Shown: positions 1 through 11,683, numbered from the whole stretch's first letter. The stretch is 63,617 nucleotides of DNA, filler included, from Stramenopiles sp. TOSAG23-6 (GCA_900128565.1; 11 parts of 11 records of this genome joined end to end with filler, not necessarily neighbours in it), one strand, 5' to 3'. The notes: a model not told the origin generated them from the sequence alone. Numbers and translations: made by a program.

Positions 1-45
1 TTTTTTGGTTTTTGGTTTTTTGGTTTTCGTACGAAATTTTGTACC

Positions 46-76
<31 letters not shown>

Positions 77-100
77 TTGAAATATTTTTCCAAAATATAT
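1..100 (+). mobile_element. Introner-family intron, 3' part (AT acceptor)
   Basis: TTTCGTACGAAATTTTGTACC core and ...AAATATTTTTCCAAAATATAT|G end; no AG before the conserved MPGYIH. Confidence 0.8.
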
Positions 101-879
101 GCCTGGATACATTCATCAAAAAGGTAAAATCGGTGTTGTGTCTCGCTCAGGGACGTTAACGTATGAAGCAGTACATCAAACAACAACAACAAATCTTGGC
201 CAATCAACTGTGGTTGGTATTGGAGGGGATCCGTTTAATGGTACTGATTTTATTGACTGCCTTGAACGATTTACGAATGATCCACAAACTGAAGTATGTT
301 TATATATATATGTTATGAAATTTTTTTTAGAAATTTTTTTTTTTAGAAATTTTTTTTTTTAGAAATTTTTTTTTTTTGAAAATTTTGTACCTAACAAAAA
401 TTATTTTTTTTTTAAATATTCTTTACACAACAGGGTATTATAATGATTGGTGAAATTGGTGGCGATGCAGAAGAAAAAGCGGCGGAATGGTTATCTGAAC
501 ATGGTGATCCAAATAAGCCTGTGGTTGGTTTTATCGCAGGTGTTACCGCTCCACCAGGACGTCGCATGGGACATGTATGTTGTTTATTCTACATTTGTGT
601 TTTTTTTTGAAAATTTTTTTTTTTGAAATTTTTTTTTTGAAATTTTTTTTTTGAAAATTTTTTTTGAAATTTTTTTTTTGAAATTTTTTTGTACCTAACT
701 TTTTTTTTTTTTTGAAATATTTTCTGAAAATAAATGCTGGGGCAATCATTGCAGGTGGAAAAGGTGGTGCTCCAGAAAAAATTGCAGCCATGAGAGCTAA
801 TGGTATTCATGTTGTGGACAGTCCTGCTATGCTTGGGGAGAAAATGTTGGAAGTGATGAAAGCAGCAGGAAAAGCTTAA
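99..879 (+). CDS. SUCLG1: Succinyl-CoA ligase alpha subunit, 5'-truncated; exons 101-293, 434-574, 736-879
   Basis: Motifs [37 protein letters not shown] and [13 protein letters not shown] (phospho-His loop); TAA at 877-879 is in frame after splicing. Confidence 0.97.
294..433 (+). mobile_element. Introner-family intron, GT-AG
   Basis: GAA|GTATGT...GTACCTAAC...ACAACAG|GGT restores DPQTE-GIIMIGE. Confidence 0.93.
575..735 (+). mobile_element. Introner-family intron, GT-AT
   Basis: CAT|GTATGT...GTACCTAAC...AAATAAAT|GCT restores RMGH-AGA; the next AG (753-754) is out of frame. Confidence 0.92.
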
Positions 880-1041
880 AAATGTTTCTGAATTTTTAAT
901 AAACATTTTTATTTATTTTATTTTTTTATTTATATGATGATTTCAAAACTGGCAGGAAATTGAAAGGTTTACATGTTTTTTCATTTATGTCAAACTTGGC
1001 AAGAATGACTTCAAAAAAAGTGATTTTTTTTTTTGAAATTT

Positions 1042-4000
1042 TTAATTTGTTTTGAAATTTTTTTTTGGTTTGGTTGCAATAAGTAGTAAATTTTCTATAG
1101 AAATACATTCATTGACATATCGATGAAATTCTACACGAAATCCATGATTTTCTAAATATTGTCCTCGGCTAAAATCAATGAGCAATTTACAATTTCGTCC
1201 AAATTTTCGTCGTGAAGCTCTATCCAGTTCAAGATAATCTGCTGCATTTGTTAACGGGATTTTTTTTTCAGAATTTTTTGCTTCAGAATTTTTTGCTTCT
1301 GAATTTTTTGCTTCACAATTTTTTGCTTCACAATTTTTTGCTTCACAATTTTTTGTTAATGATAATGTAGCCCAACTACTTGCTTTTGCTACTATAGCTA
1401 CATCGTCTTTACTGAAATTATTATCTATAAAAAATTGTTTATTAATACATTGTTTGAAGTCCAAAAGATGATGACAACATGGAGTATGAAAAATATTTCA
1501 AAAAATCTAAAAAAAATTGTTAGGTACAAAATTTACTATAAAAAAAAACAAATTTGAAATTGAAATGAAAACGTACAGGAGCCAAGAACACAATTAATTT
1601 TATCATTTGATGTTTTTGTATGTTTTGTAATTAAATGTAAAGATAAATCAAAAGCTGGACCACATAAGTGTTTACTCATAAAGACAATATTCTTATTATT
1701 ATTAGTAGTAGTAATATCATTATTATTAGTATTATTATCATTATTAGTAGTAGTATTAGTATTATTAGTAGTAGTAGTTATAATATCATTATTATTATTA
1801 TTAGTAGTAGTATTATTAGTAGTAGTAATAATATTATTATTATTATTATTAGTAGTAGTAGTAGTAGTATTATTATTAGTAGTAGTTGTTGTTGTAATAT
1901 CACTATTATTATTATTAGTAATAATATCATTATTATTATTATTATTAGTAATAATATCATTATTATGATTATTATTATCAATATCATTATTACAGTTAAA
2001 CAAAAACTCTATTTCATTATTGAGTTGATTTTCCTGTATATGTTCTATATCATTGACAATCCTTCGAACATGCCCGCCATATATTTTATATTTATTAGAA
2101 TTTAAATACAATTCTTTGTTTAATTCTTTGTTTTTTGTGTTATTTAACATTTTAAATAGATTAATTCGATTTCTATTCATATCATTTTCAACTCTGGACG
2201 TTGACCGAAATTTCATTCTATCCACTAAAAGATAATTTGGTAATGAAATTATATTTTTTATATTTTTTGTATTTTTTGTATTTTTTGTATTTTTTGTATT
2301 TTTTGTATTGGAATCAATTAGACAAGCTGTATGAGAAGCAAGAAGAGGCATTGTACTATACGTATTCGATTCACTACAAAATGTATCTTCAATATGCATT
2401 ATTGCACCATACGTATCATTTTGTATTGCATTTAATATTGATGAGACTTTTATACTATACCTATATTGTTGAACATATTTAAAAAAAAAAAAGTGAAAAA
2501 AATGTTAGGTACGAATTTTCGTACGAAAAAAAAATTTAAAAAAAAAAAAATCATGATGAAAAAATACATTTCAGAATGGAATTCATTTCCATCAATATTT
2601 CTATATCCTCCAAATATAAATAGTTTATCATTAATCAGAGAGCATGTATGCGAAAATCTACCAACGCATGAAAAATTAGTAGTATTAATTTGATGATTCG
2701 TAGTAGTATCAATTTGATGATTCGTAGTAGTATTAATTTGATGATTAGTAGTAGTATCAATTTGATGATTCGTAGTAGTATTAATTTGATGATTATGATT
2801 AGTAGTATTAATTTCATTATCATCATCATCATTGTCTTGAAGTGATGATATTTTGATTCGTTTCCAAACTACAGAAATCGATTTTTTTTTTGTAGGGTTA
2901 GGGTTTTCACAATCATCTAAACACGAAATACAAAGAATCCAAATAAATTCTTGACCCATCACTTCATCTGCATTACGACCACCATACACTATGATATGTT
3001 TACTATTTGAATTTGAATGATTCGATTCTTTAACAGGTATAAATGTTGCTGAATGACGCCATCGAGGAGGTGGATTATTTCCTATACTATTTTGTAAGAA
3101 AATATTTGAAAAAAAAAAAAAAAAAAATTGTTAGTATGATTTTTTTTTTTTTGATTTTTTTTTGATTTTTTTGATTTTTTTTTTGATTTCAAAAAAACAA
3201 AAAATAAAAAAATTAATAAATTCATTCATGTTGAGATGAGATAACGTACACATTTGGTTGAATCCATTCAAAAGCAAATTCTGTATTTTTCATTTTTGTT
3301 ATTTTTGTTGTACATAAAATATGAACATCATTAAAAGCGCCTTGATGCGATGGAGATCGACGTCCCCCAAATATCACAGTATAGTTGACATTTACATCTT
3401 TAAATGAGCCAATGGACGTTGCAGTATGAAAAATACGTGGTAAAGGTTTCAATCCATTGATATTTTTTTTTTTGGACATTGAAATTGAAATTTCATTTTT
3501 ATTTCCTAGATGATTATTTTTGTTGTTATTATTTTTGTTGTTGATGACATTTTTTAAATTCGATTCATTCCATCTTTTGTCATGTCCATCGTTCGTTGAT
3601 ACTGAAAGTACAATGACGTCATTTAATTTTTTATTTCCTGATATGGAACCTTGACCTCCAAAGATAATTACAGAATCTTCACTTATAGAAGTCATTGAAT
3701 GGCCCCAACGTTGAGTATTCTTAGCCGTTTCATTATTTTCATCATTATTTAATATGGACACAGGTAACCATGATGGACAATCAATGGTTTTGTTTTTGTT
3801 TTTGTTACAATTTACATTTGTAATTGATTTCATATCTATGTTTTTTTTGTCAATGTTTACCTTTTTAATAGAACTCGAGTCTAAATGTGTATCATCATTT
3901 GCAATTGAATCCAAATCAATTGAATTCAAATCAAATTTTCGTCGATTATTCTCTAAAGTTGTGATTCCACTAGTTGTATTATGATTACAATGTTTTACTA

Positions 4001-4589
4001 CAGCTTTGAAAAAAGCTTCTGTTCGCTCGGCATTACTACGGAAAAGATCATTAGCCAAGGTCACAGAGAATTCAAGAGCAGACCAATCACACAACAACTT
4101 CCCCGATGCAACGACAGGCATTGATAAAACATTTGCTGTAGTTCTTATAGCACACATGATTTTTTTACGGCCTAATACTAACCCAGATTCCCGGAATCCA
4201 CATTCTAATGCAACTCGGAGTAACATTTGTGCGGTGTATGCGTCCTTGCACATGACGTGCATGACAAAAGGTTCATTTTTTAAAAACACAATACCGTCCG
4301 ATGGGATAGGTGTCAGACTATCTCGGATCTGTTCCATGGTTACAGTGCTATGCTCACATAATAACCAATCATTGACACCGCCTTTTTTCTCAATTGTGTC
4401 CTTTTGGTGGTATAAAACGACACGACCACTGCAAGACGATGTAGTGACATAATCTGGTTGTTTATTTACGAAATGGATCAAGTCAACGATAGGGGCGTCA
4501 AGTGAATTCTTTGGTGACTTATCAATCGCCTCTTGAAGACCAGCCAATTTACCCTTCTTTTGAGACTCAAATGCAACAGTAGAGAACAT
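1042..4589 (-). CDS. TYW3: TYW3 methyltransferase + Kelch repeats + Trm13-like methyltransferase; exons 4589-3250, 3086-2568, 2460-1577, 1478-1042
   Basis: DKSPKNSLD, YVTTSSCSGR and GFRESG (TYW3); RWGHS...FGG Kelch repeats; SKHLCG, CCHH, GRNCKLLIDFSR and ISIENLLLIA (Trm13-like). All three junctions keep frame. Confidence 0.85.
1479..1576 (-). mobile_element. Introner-family intron, GT-AT
   Basis: TCC T|GTACGT...CTCCAT|GT TGT CAT CAT restores GSCCHH; the internal AG (1508-1507) shifts frame. Confidence 0.88.
2461..2567 (-). mobile_element. Introner-family intron, GT-AG
   Basis: AT|GTATTT...core...CAATATAG|G keeps frame. Confidence 0.85.
3087..3249 (-). other. Intron, GT-AG, degenerate family member with TACTAAC branch point
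   Basis: GT|GTACGT...AAAATAG|T ATA GGA keeps the Kelch frame. Confidence 0.8.
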
Positions 4590-4881
4590 CTACAATGCAG
4601 TTTTGTGACGAAAATGGGACGCAAACGACTAAATTATTGAAAATATTGTGTACGCAGGTGTAACATAAGCAAAAAAAAAGGACACCTCAAGGGACATTTT
4701 TTGACTGACTATAGGCTCGTTACCCGGTAACTTGCCTATATGCGTCATTATTTTTGAAAAAAATTGTTCCCACTTCAACAACTTGTTTGTTTCGGTTTGT
4801 TCTTCTCTTTGCTCCTCCTCCTGTACTGTACATAAAAAGTACGTCACTTTGTCTTCAACCCTTTTAAAAAGTTGGATAATA

Positions 4882-5587
4882 ATGACATACTTGTCCTCCT
4901 CTATACTGTATACATCATTTATTACTGTCGTTGTCATCACTGCAGCAGCATCAAATGTTATAATTACGCCTTCTTCTTCTCCACCTGCTGATTCCGAGTT
5001 GGTTAAAGCAGTCAATCAAAAGAATATTGTTACTCTACGGAATTTGGTTACAAGGAAAGGAAATGTAAATTCTGTTGAGGAATATGGACGCTCAATTTTA
5101 CATCTTGCAATTGAAAACAAATGGACAGAGGGAGTCAAACTCTTGCTAGACAATGGAGCAAATATTGAGCAAGTGACAGACCATAGAGCAGGATTTCGTG
5201 CTGGAGAAACGGCACTTCACTATGCCGCAATCGCTGATAACTCTGAAATTATTGAAATGCTTTTGGGAATGGGTGCTAAAATGAATGTTTTCAACGATCA
5301 TGGGATGACAGCCATTCATCTTGCTTCGGGATTGGGCCGAGTCAATGCAATCAAAACAATGCTAGGTACAAATCGAGACGTCAAAGTTGACGTATCAAGC
5401 AAAAATGTATTTTTTTTTTAAATGAATTTTAATTTTTTTTTTTTTATACGAAAATTTGTACCTAACAAAAAAAAATTTTTTTTTTTAATATTTCTTCACA
5501 AAATAGAAGTATGAAAGTACACCGATTCATCTTGCTGCTGCATCACTCAATGAAGCAATCCCCGTGTTACAATTATTGCTTACTCAT
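4882..5587 (+). CDS. Ankyrin-repeat protein with N-terminal hydrophobic segment, 3'-truncated
   Basis: GRSILHLA, GETALHYAA, GMTAIHLA and STPIHLAA repeats; intron at 5407-5506; a second intron from 5588 runs into the contig end. Confidence 0.9.
5407..5506 (+). mobile_element. Introner-family intron, GT-AG
   Basis: AAT|GTATTT...GTACCTAAC...CACAAAATAG|AAG TAT keeps frame. Confidence 0.88.
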
Positions 5588-5703
5588 GTACGTTTCCGAT
5601 TGTATGATTTTGATGTTTTTTTATGACTTTTTTTTATGGTTTTATCAATTTTTTTTTCGTACGAAATTTTGTACCTAACAAATTTTTTTAGATTTTTTTT
5701 GAA

Positions 5704-5803
5704 NNNNNNNNNNNNNNNNNNNNNNNNNNNNNNNNNNNNNNNNNNNNTTAATTAATTAANNNNNNNNNNNNNNNNNNNNNNNNNNNNNNNNNNNNNNNNN
5801 NNN
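5704..5803. other. Artificial contig linker N44-TTAATTAATTAA-N44; also at 11507, 17310, 23113, 28914, 34713, 40509, 46293, 52071 and 57847
   Basis: Identical 100-nt spacer with stops in all six frames, recurring at slowly decreasing intervals of about 5.8 kb (contigs sorted by length). Confidence 0.97.
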
Positions 5804-5852
5804 TGAATTATCTGTGAATGAAAATTTTGTTTCTACGTAACCTGCGTCACAG

Positions 5853-8672
5853 ATACATTTTCCATTTCCTTCATCACATGTACCATGTGATATTGTGAAA
5901 TGCGGAGTCTACGGTTTCTGTAAAAGTGGGGAATGCATTTGCACTGAAGGTTATTCTGGCTCAAAATGTGAAGTAAACCCCCCTGTGTGCTACGGTATAA
6001 ATTGTGGGACACATGGAGACTGTGTTGATAATAAATGTATATGTGGTGATCAGTATACTGGTGTCAAGTGTGAAATTCCACCCGATCCTTGTGTAGCCAT
6101 ACATTGTGGTTCTCATGGAAAATGTATTGAGTTAGATTCTTCGTCCAAGTTTTCTCTCTGGAATTGTGATTGTACTGAAGGTTATACTGGAACGTATTGC
6201 GATACTCCTCCTGTATCTTGTTCAGATATAGATTGTAACCATGGTAGTTGTTCTCAAGGTGTGTGTAATTGTAGAGATGGATTTACAGGTAAATTATGTT
6301 CTGTTGCACCTGATAATTGTTACGGTGTGTCATGTACAAAGCATGGAGTTTGCGTTGATGGAAAATGTGTTTGTCGTGGTGGTTGGAGCGGTGATAAGTG
6401 TACTATACAACCTGATGTTTGCTTTGGTATTAGCTGCGGTGATCATGGTTATTGTGATGATGGTAGATGTATTTGTATTGATGGATTCTCTGGAGAAAAA
6501 TGTGCAAATAATAAATGTGAACATGTCAGCTGTGGCAAGTTTGGTGTTTGCCAAGATAATGATGGTAGTTGTATTTGCACGGATGAGTACCATACAGGTG
6601 ACCATTGTGATATGGAAACGTGTAACAATGATAAATGTAAGAATGGAGAATGTAGGAAAGGATCTTGTGTTTGTAACATGAACTATGAAGGCACCTTTTG
6701 CGAAATTAATCAATGTGCCAATGTGAATTGTAGTGAAAATGGTATATGTTCACATGGTGCTTGTGTATGTAATAGAGGTTACCAAGGGAATCAATGTGAA
6801 ACAATGATAAAAATTGACCCAAAAGAAATCTGTAAATGTGAAGGTGCATCATCAACTATTATACCTGGTGTGTGTCGTGACGTTTTAACAAAATTTTGTA
6901 GCATTAATGTGTCGAATGAATTTGAAATTATGTGTGCTGAATGTACAGCTGCTCTATTAAGTAATGATTTTAATCGGTGTGCAATTAATATATCTCCAAA
7001 GATGATAACTTATTGTCCAAATTATAAACCTTCCATTAATTGTCAGATAAGGGATAGAGAAGATGATGACTGTGGTACACATGGTACCTGTATATCTAGT
7101 ATGTGTTCCTGTGATAGCTATTTCAGTGGAATAATTTGTGAGCAATGTGTATTGGACTCTCAGGTATATCCCGATTGTATTCCACCAGTAGTACCCGATG
7201 CAAAACGCCCTGTGTCAAAAGAGTCTCTGGAGATATATTTAGTATGGGGTTTGAAAGGCATAAGTTATAATAAAGGTAGAACACGTGATTTCCCTGGAGA
7301 AGGTGTACCTGATGTTGTATTAGATTGGGATGAGACATTTGATATGTCTAATCCAAAAACGATGAAATATCTGTATAATGTATGTGAGAAATTAATGACT
7401 GAAAATGAAATATCAGATCAAATACAAACAGAATCTATCCAGTGTCCTATTATGGAATTCGCTAAATATTTGAGAAACAACCAAAAAGAATTCCCTCCTC
7501 CGCAGGACACTGCAGTAACAACTCTTTACAGTTGGTGGGAAAATTTTGGTANAAATAAGTTTCATTGGAGATTTATTCTGTTTAATAAACAGTTCAAAAC
7601 TTTAAGAGAAGGAGAGAAATTACGCGTCAGTTTGTATTCAAATGAATTCTATACTGTAACAAACAGACATGTACGTAGCTTTGATTTGATGCCTATATTT
7701 AATAAATGGGAATCTTTCACTGAAAAGATAAATACTGAAGCACCACCCTCNGCAAATGGCGCATTTCAAACCAGTGATGATTGGAAAATGATGTTTACAG
7801 AAGTTTCTGCTGTTTCTACTACATGCATTAGTGTTATTATTATGGCACTTGTAGCTGTATTGTCGGTGTATCTTTTCACAGGTAGTATCTCAATTGCTTT
7901 TATGATATTGATATCTGTATGTTCCACAGTTGTTTTAGTTTTGGGATCTTTTCCTCTCCTTGGTTGGAGATTTGGGATTGTAGAAGCAATTTCTGTTTCA
8001 ATATTATTAGGGTCATCAATAGATTATCTTTTACATGTAGCTGTTAGCTATGTAGAGGTTGTTTCGCATGAGGCCACAAATAAATACAATATAATAGGTA
8101 GAGATAATGGTTTTTCAGAGCCTACAATTGACAATAATATGAATGTTGAACGGTCTTTGACACACTTTGATCATTCGCATATATTTCCACTAAATAATTA
8201 TGGTGATGTAAATACCACTGATGGNACCAATGTAGATGTTAATCAAGGCGTTTATCAAAGCATTAATGAAAATAATCATAACAATGATCAGCATCGTCAC
8301 GCAAGCAATCGAAATTGTAGTGAAGATGAATATGGAAAAACGACTCGTTTAGCTGTAGACTTAATTGGTGGTCCAATATTCAATGCATGTTGCACAACAT
8401 CTATATGTGTATCATTTTTATTATTTTGCGAGCTGAATATATTGAAGCAAATTGGGGTTCTAATTTTATTCAGTTCATGTGTAAGTCTTGTACTTGCAGT
8501 ATTACTTTTAGTGCCTCTTTTAGCTCTTTTTGGTCCTAAACATCATGAGAAAAACTGGTTTCGACAATTAAGCTCCGTCTTTTGTGTTATCACACTTTTC
8601 TTTTTGACATTTGTGCTTCTAGATGCATTTCGTGGTTTTAATCTCCTCGAATATCTCGGTTATAAGATATAG
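5853..8672 (+). CDS. Tenascin-type EGF-repeat protein with C-terminal Patched/Dispatched-like (RND) membrane region, 5'-truncated
   Basis: About a dozen CxxHGxCxxGxCxCxxGYxGxxC repeats, then LGWRFGIVEAISVSILLGSSIDYLLHVA and multiple transmembrane segments. Confidence 0.85.
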   Translation: MHFPFPSSHVPCDIVKCGVYGFCKSGECICTEGYSGSKCEVNPPVCYGINCGTHGDCVDNKCICGDQYTGVKCEIPPDPCVAIHCGSHGKCIELDSSSKFSLWNCDCTEGYTGTYCDTPPVSCSDIDCNHGSCSQGVCNCRDGFTGKLCSVAPDNCYGVSCTKHGVCVDGKCVCRGGWSGDKCTIQPDVCFGISCGDHGYCDDGRCICIDGFSGEKCANNKCEHVSCGKFGVCQDNDGSCICTDEYHTGDHCDMETCNNDKCKNGECRKGSCVCNMNYEGTFCEINQCANVNCSENGICSHGACVCNRGYQGNQCETMIKIDPKEICKCEGASSTIIPGVCRDVLTKFCSINVSNEFEIMCAECTAALLSNDFNRCAINISPKMITYCPNYKPSINCQIRDREDDDCGTHGTCISSMCSCDSYFSGIICEQCVLDSQVYPDCIPPVVPDAKRPVSKESLEIYLVWGLKGISYNKGRTRDFPGEGVPDVVLDWDETFDMSNPKTMKYLYNVCEKLMTENEISDQIQTESIQCPIMEFAKYLRNNQKEFPPPQDTAVTTLYSWWENFGXNKFHWRFILFNKQFKTLREGEKLRVSLYSNEFYTVTNRHVRSFDLMPIFNKWESFTEKINTEAPPXANGAFQTSDDWKMMFTEVSAVSTTCISVIIMALVAVLSVYLFTGSISIAFMILISVCSTVVLVLGSFPLLGWRFGIVEAISVSILLGSSIDYLLHVAVSYVEVVSHEATNKYNIIGRDNGFSEPTIDNNMNVERSLTHFDHSHIFPLNNYGDVNTTDXTNVDVNQGVYQSINENNHNNDQHRHASNRNCSEDEYGKTTRLAVDLIGGPIFNACCTTSICVSFLLFCELNILKQIGVLILFSSCVSLVLAVLLLVPLLALFGPKHHEKNWFRQLSSVFCVITLFFLTFVLLDAFRGFNLLEYLGYKI

Positions 8673-8703
8673 TTATATCAGACTTTGGAAGTACTTGAAG
8701 AAT

Positions 8704-8810
8704 TTGAAGGATATTTTGAAAATATTCAAAAAATATATAAATTGAAGGACATTTTGAAATATTAAATAAATATATAAATTGAAGGACATTTTAAAATATT
8801 AAATAAATAT
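8704..8810. repeat. Tandem repeat of about 38 bp, roughly 3 copies
   Basis: TTGAAGGAYATTTTRAAAT...AAATATA recurs three times downstream of the stop codon. Confidence 0.75.
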
Positions 8811-9041
8811 AATGTTGGGGTCAAAATTTTATAGTCAAAAAATATTTATAGGTANAAAATTAAAAAATTAAATTTTATTAGATTATGAAGAAATATTTAA
8901 CATTATAAAAAGTATGTAAGAAATTATTAATCAAAAAAAAATCAATCGTAAACATCGAAGAAATTCAATGTTGTTTACATTTTGAAAATTCGATTTCTTT
9001 TTTTTTTTTTCGTAGTAATTTCCGTACCTAAAAAAAACAAG

Positions 9042-10252
9042 TTACATTTTGAAAACATTTCCTTCATCGTAACCTACGTCTTTTAGTACACCACTCAATT
9101 TCCCTTGTTTCTTATCTTTTGTCTTGTCTCCACTGATTGCTTTCATCATTGGAGGTGGACCACAAACAAACATCATTAACCCTGGAGTATCTGGTTCAGG
9201 CATGAGTTGTAAAGAAATATTTCAAAAATTTGATTTTTTTTGTGAGATTTAAAAATTATGAAAAAAAAAAAATTCGAAAACAAGAAAAAAAAAGGTAAAT
9301 GATGAAAATATACATATTTCGTCGAACCATATCTTTGTCAATAAAACCATATACAGAGTACAATATGTCAAAGCTANTAAAAAAAATTAGATAAAAACAA
9401 TTTGAAATTCATGATATAAACGTAGTCAATACTCAAAAAAACAAAAGTTTTTGTTTTTTTTTGTTTAGGTACAAAATTTCGTACCAAAAAATAAATAAAT
9501 TTGAAATTCATGATATAAAATACTGTTTCACCAGTCCAATTTCCAGAAGAAGACGCAACGGTATAAACAACCTTAAATCGATCCGGAAATAACTCAGCAA
9601 GTGAATCCAATCGGTCACGCAACAAAATATCATCGACAGTATTATTTCCATATAGAAGGGTAATTTTTGTTCTGTCTTCTGGGTTGTACAAAATTTCGTG
9701 AACTATTTGCAGCATTGGCGTAAGACCGGTTCCACCAGCAACCATACCAATATTTGAGAACTTATTTGCGACATATGGAAATTTACTCCAAGGCCCTTTC
9801 ATCTGAATAGACTGGCCGACATACAGTGAATTGAGATGACGGCCCATTCCACCTGGCTTTCCGTCTTTTCTAGGTGGGTATGCTTTCACAACAAAGTCAA
9901 CGTAACCTTGTTGTGACCGCGTTGAGATTGGAGTATATGGTCTTGATACCATCTGGCCATCAATTTCAGCTTGAATAGAGAGACAACTTGCTACGTCCAT
10001 TCCCAACGTATGCTTCTCTGATGGCAATTTGAAGCGTATTACACTCGTATCTGGGGAAACTTTCTTCGTAGCACTGACACGAAAAGTTTTCCACTCACTT
10101 TTAGATAGTGACGTCAACTCACCTTCATCACACGCAGCAGTTGCAAAAGACGAAGCACTAAACCAACCTATCGAGCCGACGCCCACAGCTCCAACTGATC
10201 CCCACGCAGCACGGGACATAGTGCCATTAATTTTTCTTGCAAATCGGAACAT
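9042..10252 (-). CDS. CYB5R: NADH-cytochrome b5 reductase; exons 10252-9524, 9348-9314, 9201-9042
   Basis: RPYTP, KGP, MVAGGTGLTPMLQ, WTGET|GFIDKDM, VCGPPPMM and terminal VFKM*. Confidence 0.95.
9202..9313 (-). mobile_element. Introner-family intron, GT-AT (degenerate core)
   Basis: AAT AT|GTATAT...CAACTCAT|G CCT GAA keeps frame into VCGPPPM. Confidence 0.82.
9349..9523 (-). mobile_element. Introner-family intron, GT-AT, with internal partial duplication
   Basis: ACA|GTATTT...CTGTATAT|GGT TTT ATT restores WTGET-GFID. Confidence 0.88.
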
Positions 10253-10541
10253 ATTAATAGTTTTTGTGTTCTACAAAACTATACGTAGGCTCTGTGTTCT
10301 GTGTGTTTCTTTGGTGACAAATTTTCGTCTGACCTCATGACAAAAATTATTCTCGTTTTGTAAAATTTTCCGGATTTCGTGTGAGCCAATGCAATATATA
10401 AATGCTATATAAATAGCAAACTCGAACTCAACTCGAACAGTCACGAACTGTGACACTGTCGCCAATCAACGAATTTTTACGACACACACACGAGGTATAG
10501 TAATATCGAGTGCGCGAAATTGTAGTGTTTTAATATTCGAG

Positions 10542-11423
10542 ATGAGTGAGTTTGATTTCAAGCAGTTAATAGGAATATGGAAAGCGCAATTCGATATGCC
10601 CATCCAGTATGAATTTCTCTCAGAGAGTAGACTTCGACTCATTATTCAAAGTCTTGAACCCACCACACTTGACTTCAGTCTTGACACCAGTGGTGATCTT
10701 TGGAAACTTGATATTCAACACGCTGGTGGCCCTTTGGGTACTGGTGTAGAATGTTGTATATTTAAGTTTGAATCTGGTGGCGATGAGCTCCATATCGCGT
10801 CACCATTACCCCAGGGAACAAACTCCTTTGGTCCCCGTCCAACAGAATTCGGTGGTGTGACAACTGTGGTTTTTACCCGTCCTGGTAGTGAATCCAAAAT
10901 TCGCGAACGTGCAATGCTTGAGGTTGCACATCACTCTGAAACTGAGAGATTGATTGGTTATTTCACTGAAGCCCTGAAATTATTGGGCGATGCTCAGAAA
11001 CGCATGGAAGCTGTAATGGGAAATGACACTGGACATAATAATCCTATGGAGTTGATGTATTTTTTATTTTTTTTCAAATTCGATTTTTTTTTTTTTTGAA
11101 AATTTTGTACCTAACAAGTTTAAGTTTTTTTTTGAAATATTTTCCAAAATACATTATGATGGAACAAATGCAAATGGCTACAAAGATGCGCAAGATTGAA
11201 ATGAAATACCATTCAGTAATGACTAAAGTTGAAAGTAAATTTAAGAGTGCTAATCCATATGACTGGGAAGATTCCACAGTACGACAGAAATCGAAACAAT
11301 TCCTGGAAAAAGTTCGCGAAATGGAAGAGTTCAGTCAACAGCAAGCCATGACTCTTATGCTCAGACAAAATCAAGCTGCTTCAAAAGGAGGAGGTGCACA
11401 ATCTAATACAATTATTCCTCCAA
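10542..11423 (+). CDS. Hypothetical protein, 3'-truncated; intron 11057-11154
   Basis: Two open frames are joined in phase by a family intron; a second family intron runs into the contig end. Confidence 0.7.
11057..11154 (+). mobile_element. Introner-family intron, probably GT-AT
   Basis: TTG AT|GTATTT...CCAAAATACAT|T ATG. Two AGs within about 10 nt of the branch point are also in frame, so the acceptor is not uniquely fixed. Confidence 0.7.
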
Positions 11424-11683
11424 GTATGTATGTTTTATTTTTTTTTTTACAAAAAAATCGATTTTTTTTTCGTACGGAATTTTGTACCTAACAATTTTTT
11501 TTAGATNNNNNNNNNNNNNNNNNNNNNNNNNNNNNNNNNNNNNNNNNNNNTTAATTAATTAANNNNNNNNNNNNNNNNNNNNNNNNNNNNNNNNNNNNNN
11601 NNNNNNAAAAAAAAACTAAAATTTGTTAGGTACAAAATTTCGTATGAAAAATAAATTCGAAATTGAAAAAAGATAAAAGATAC

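Noticed and set aside
5704-5803. TTAATTAATTAA as a biological repeat or transposon target
   Set aside because: It is always centred in a fixed N spacer, so it is an artificial linker.
11055-11152. U12-type AT-AC introns
   Set aside because: There is no ATATCCTT donor or TCCTTAAC branch site. Nine copies lack the upstream AT, and same-family copies splice GT-AG in the GT register.
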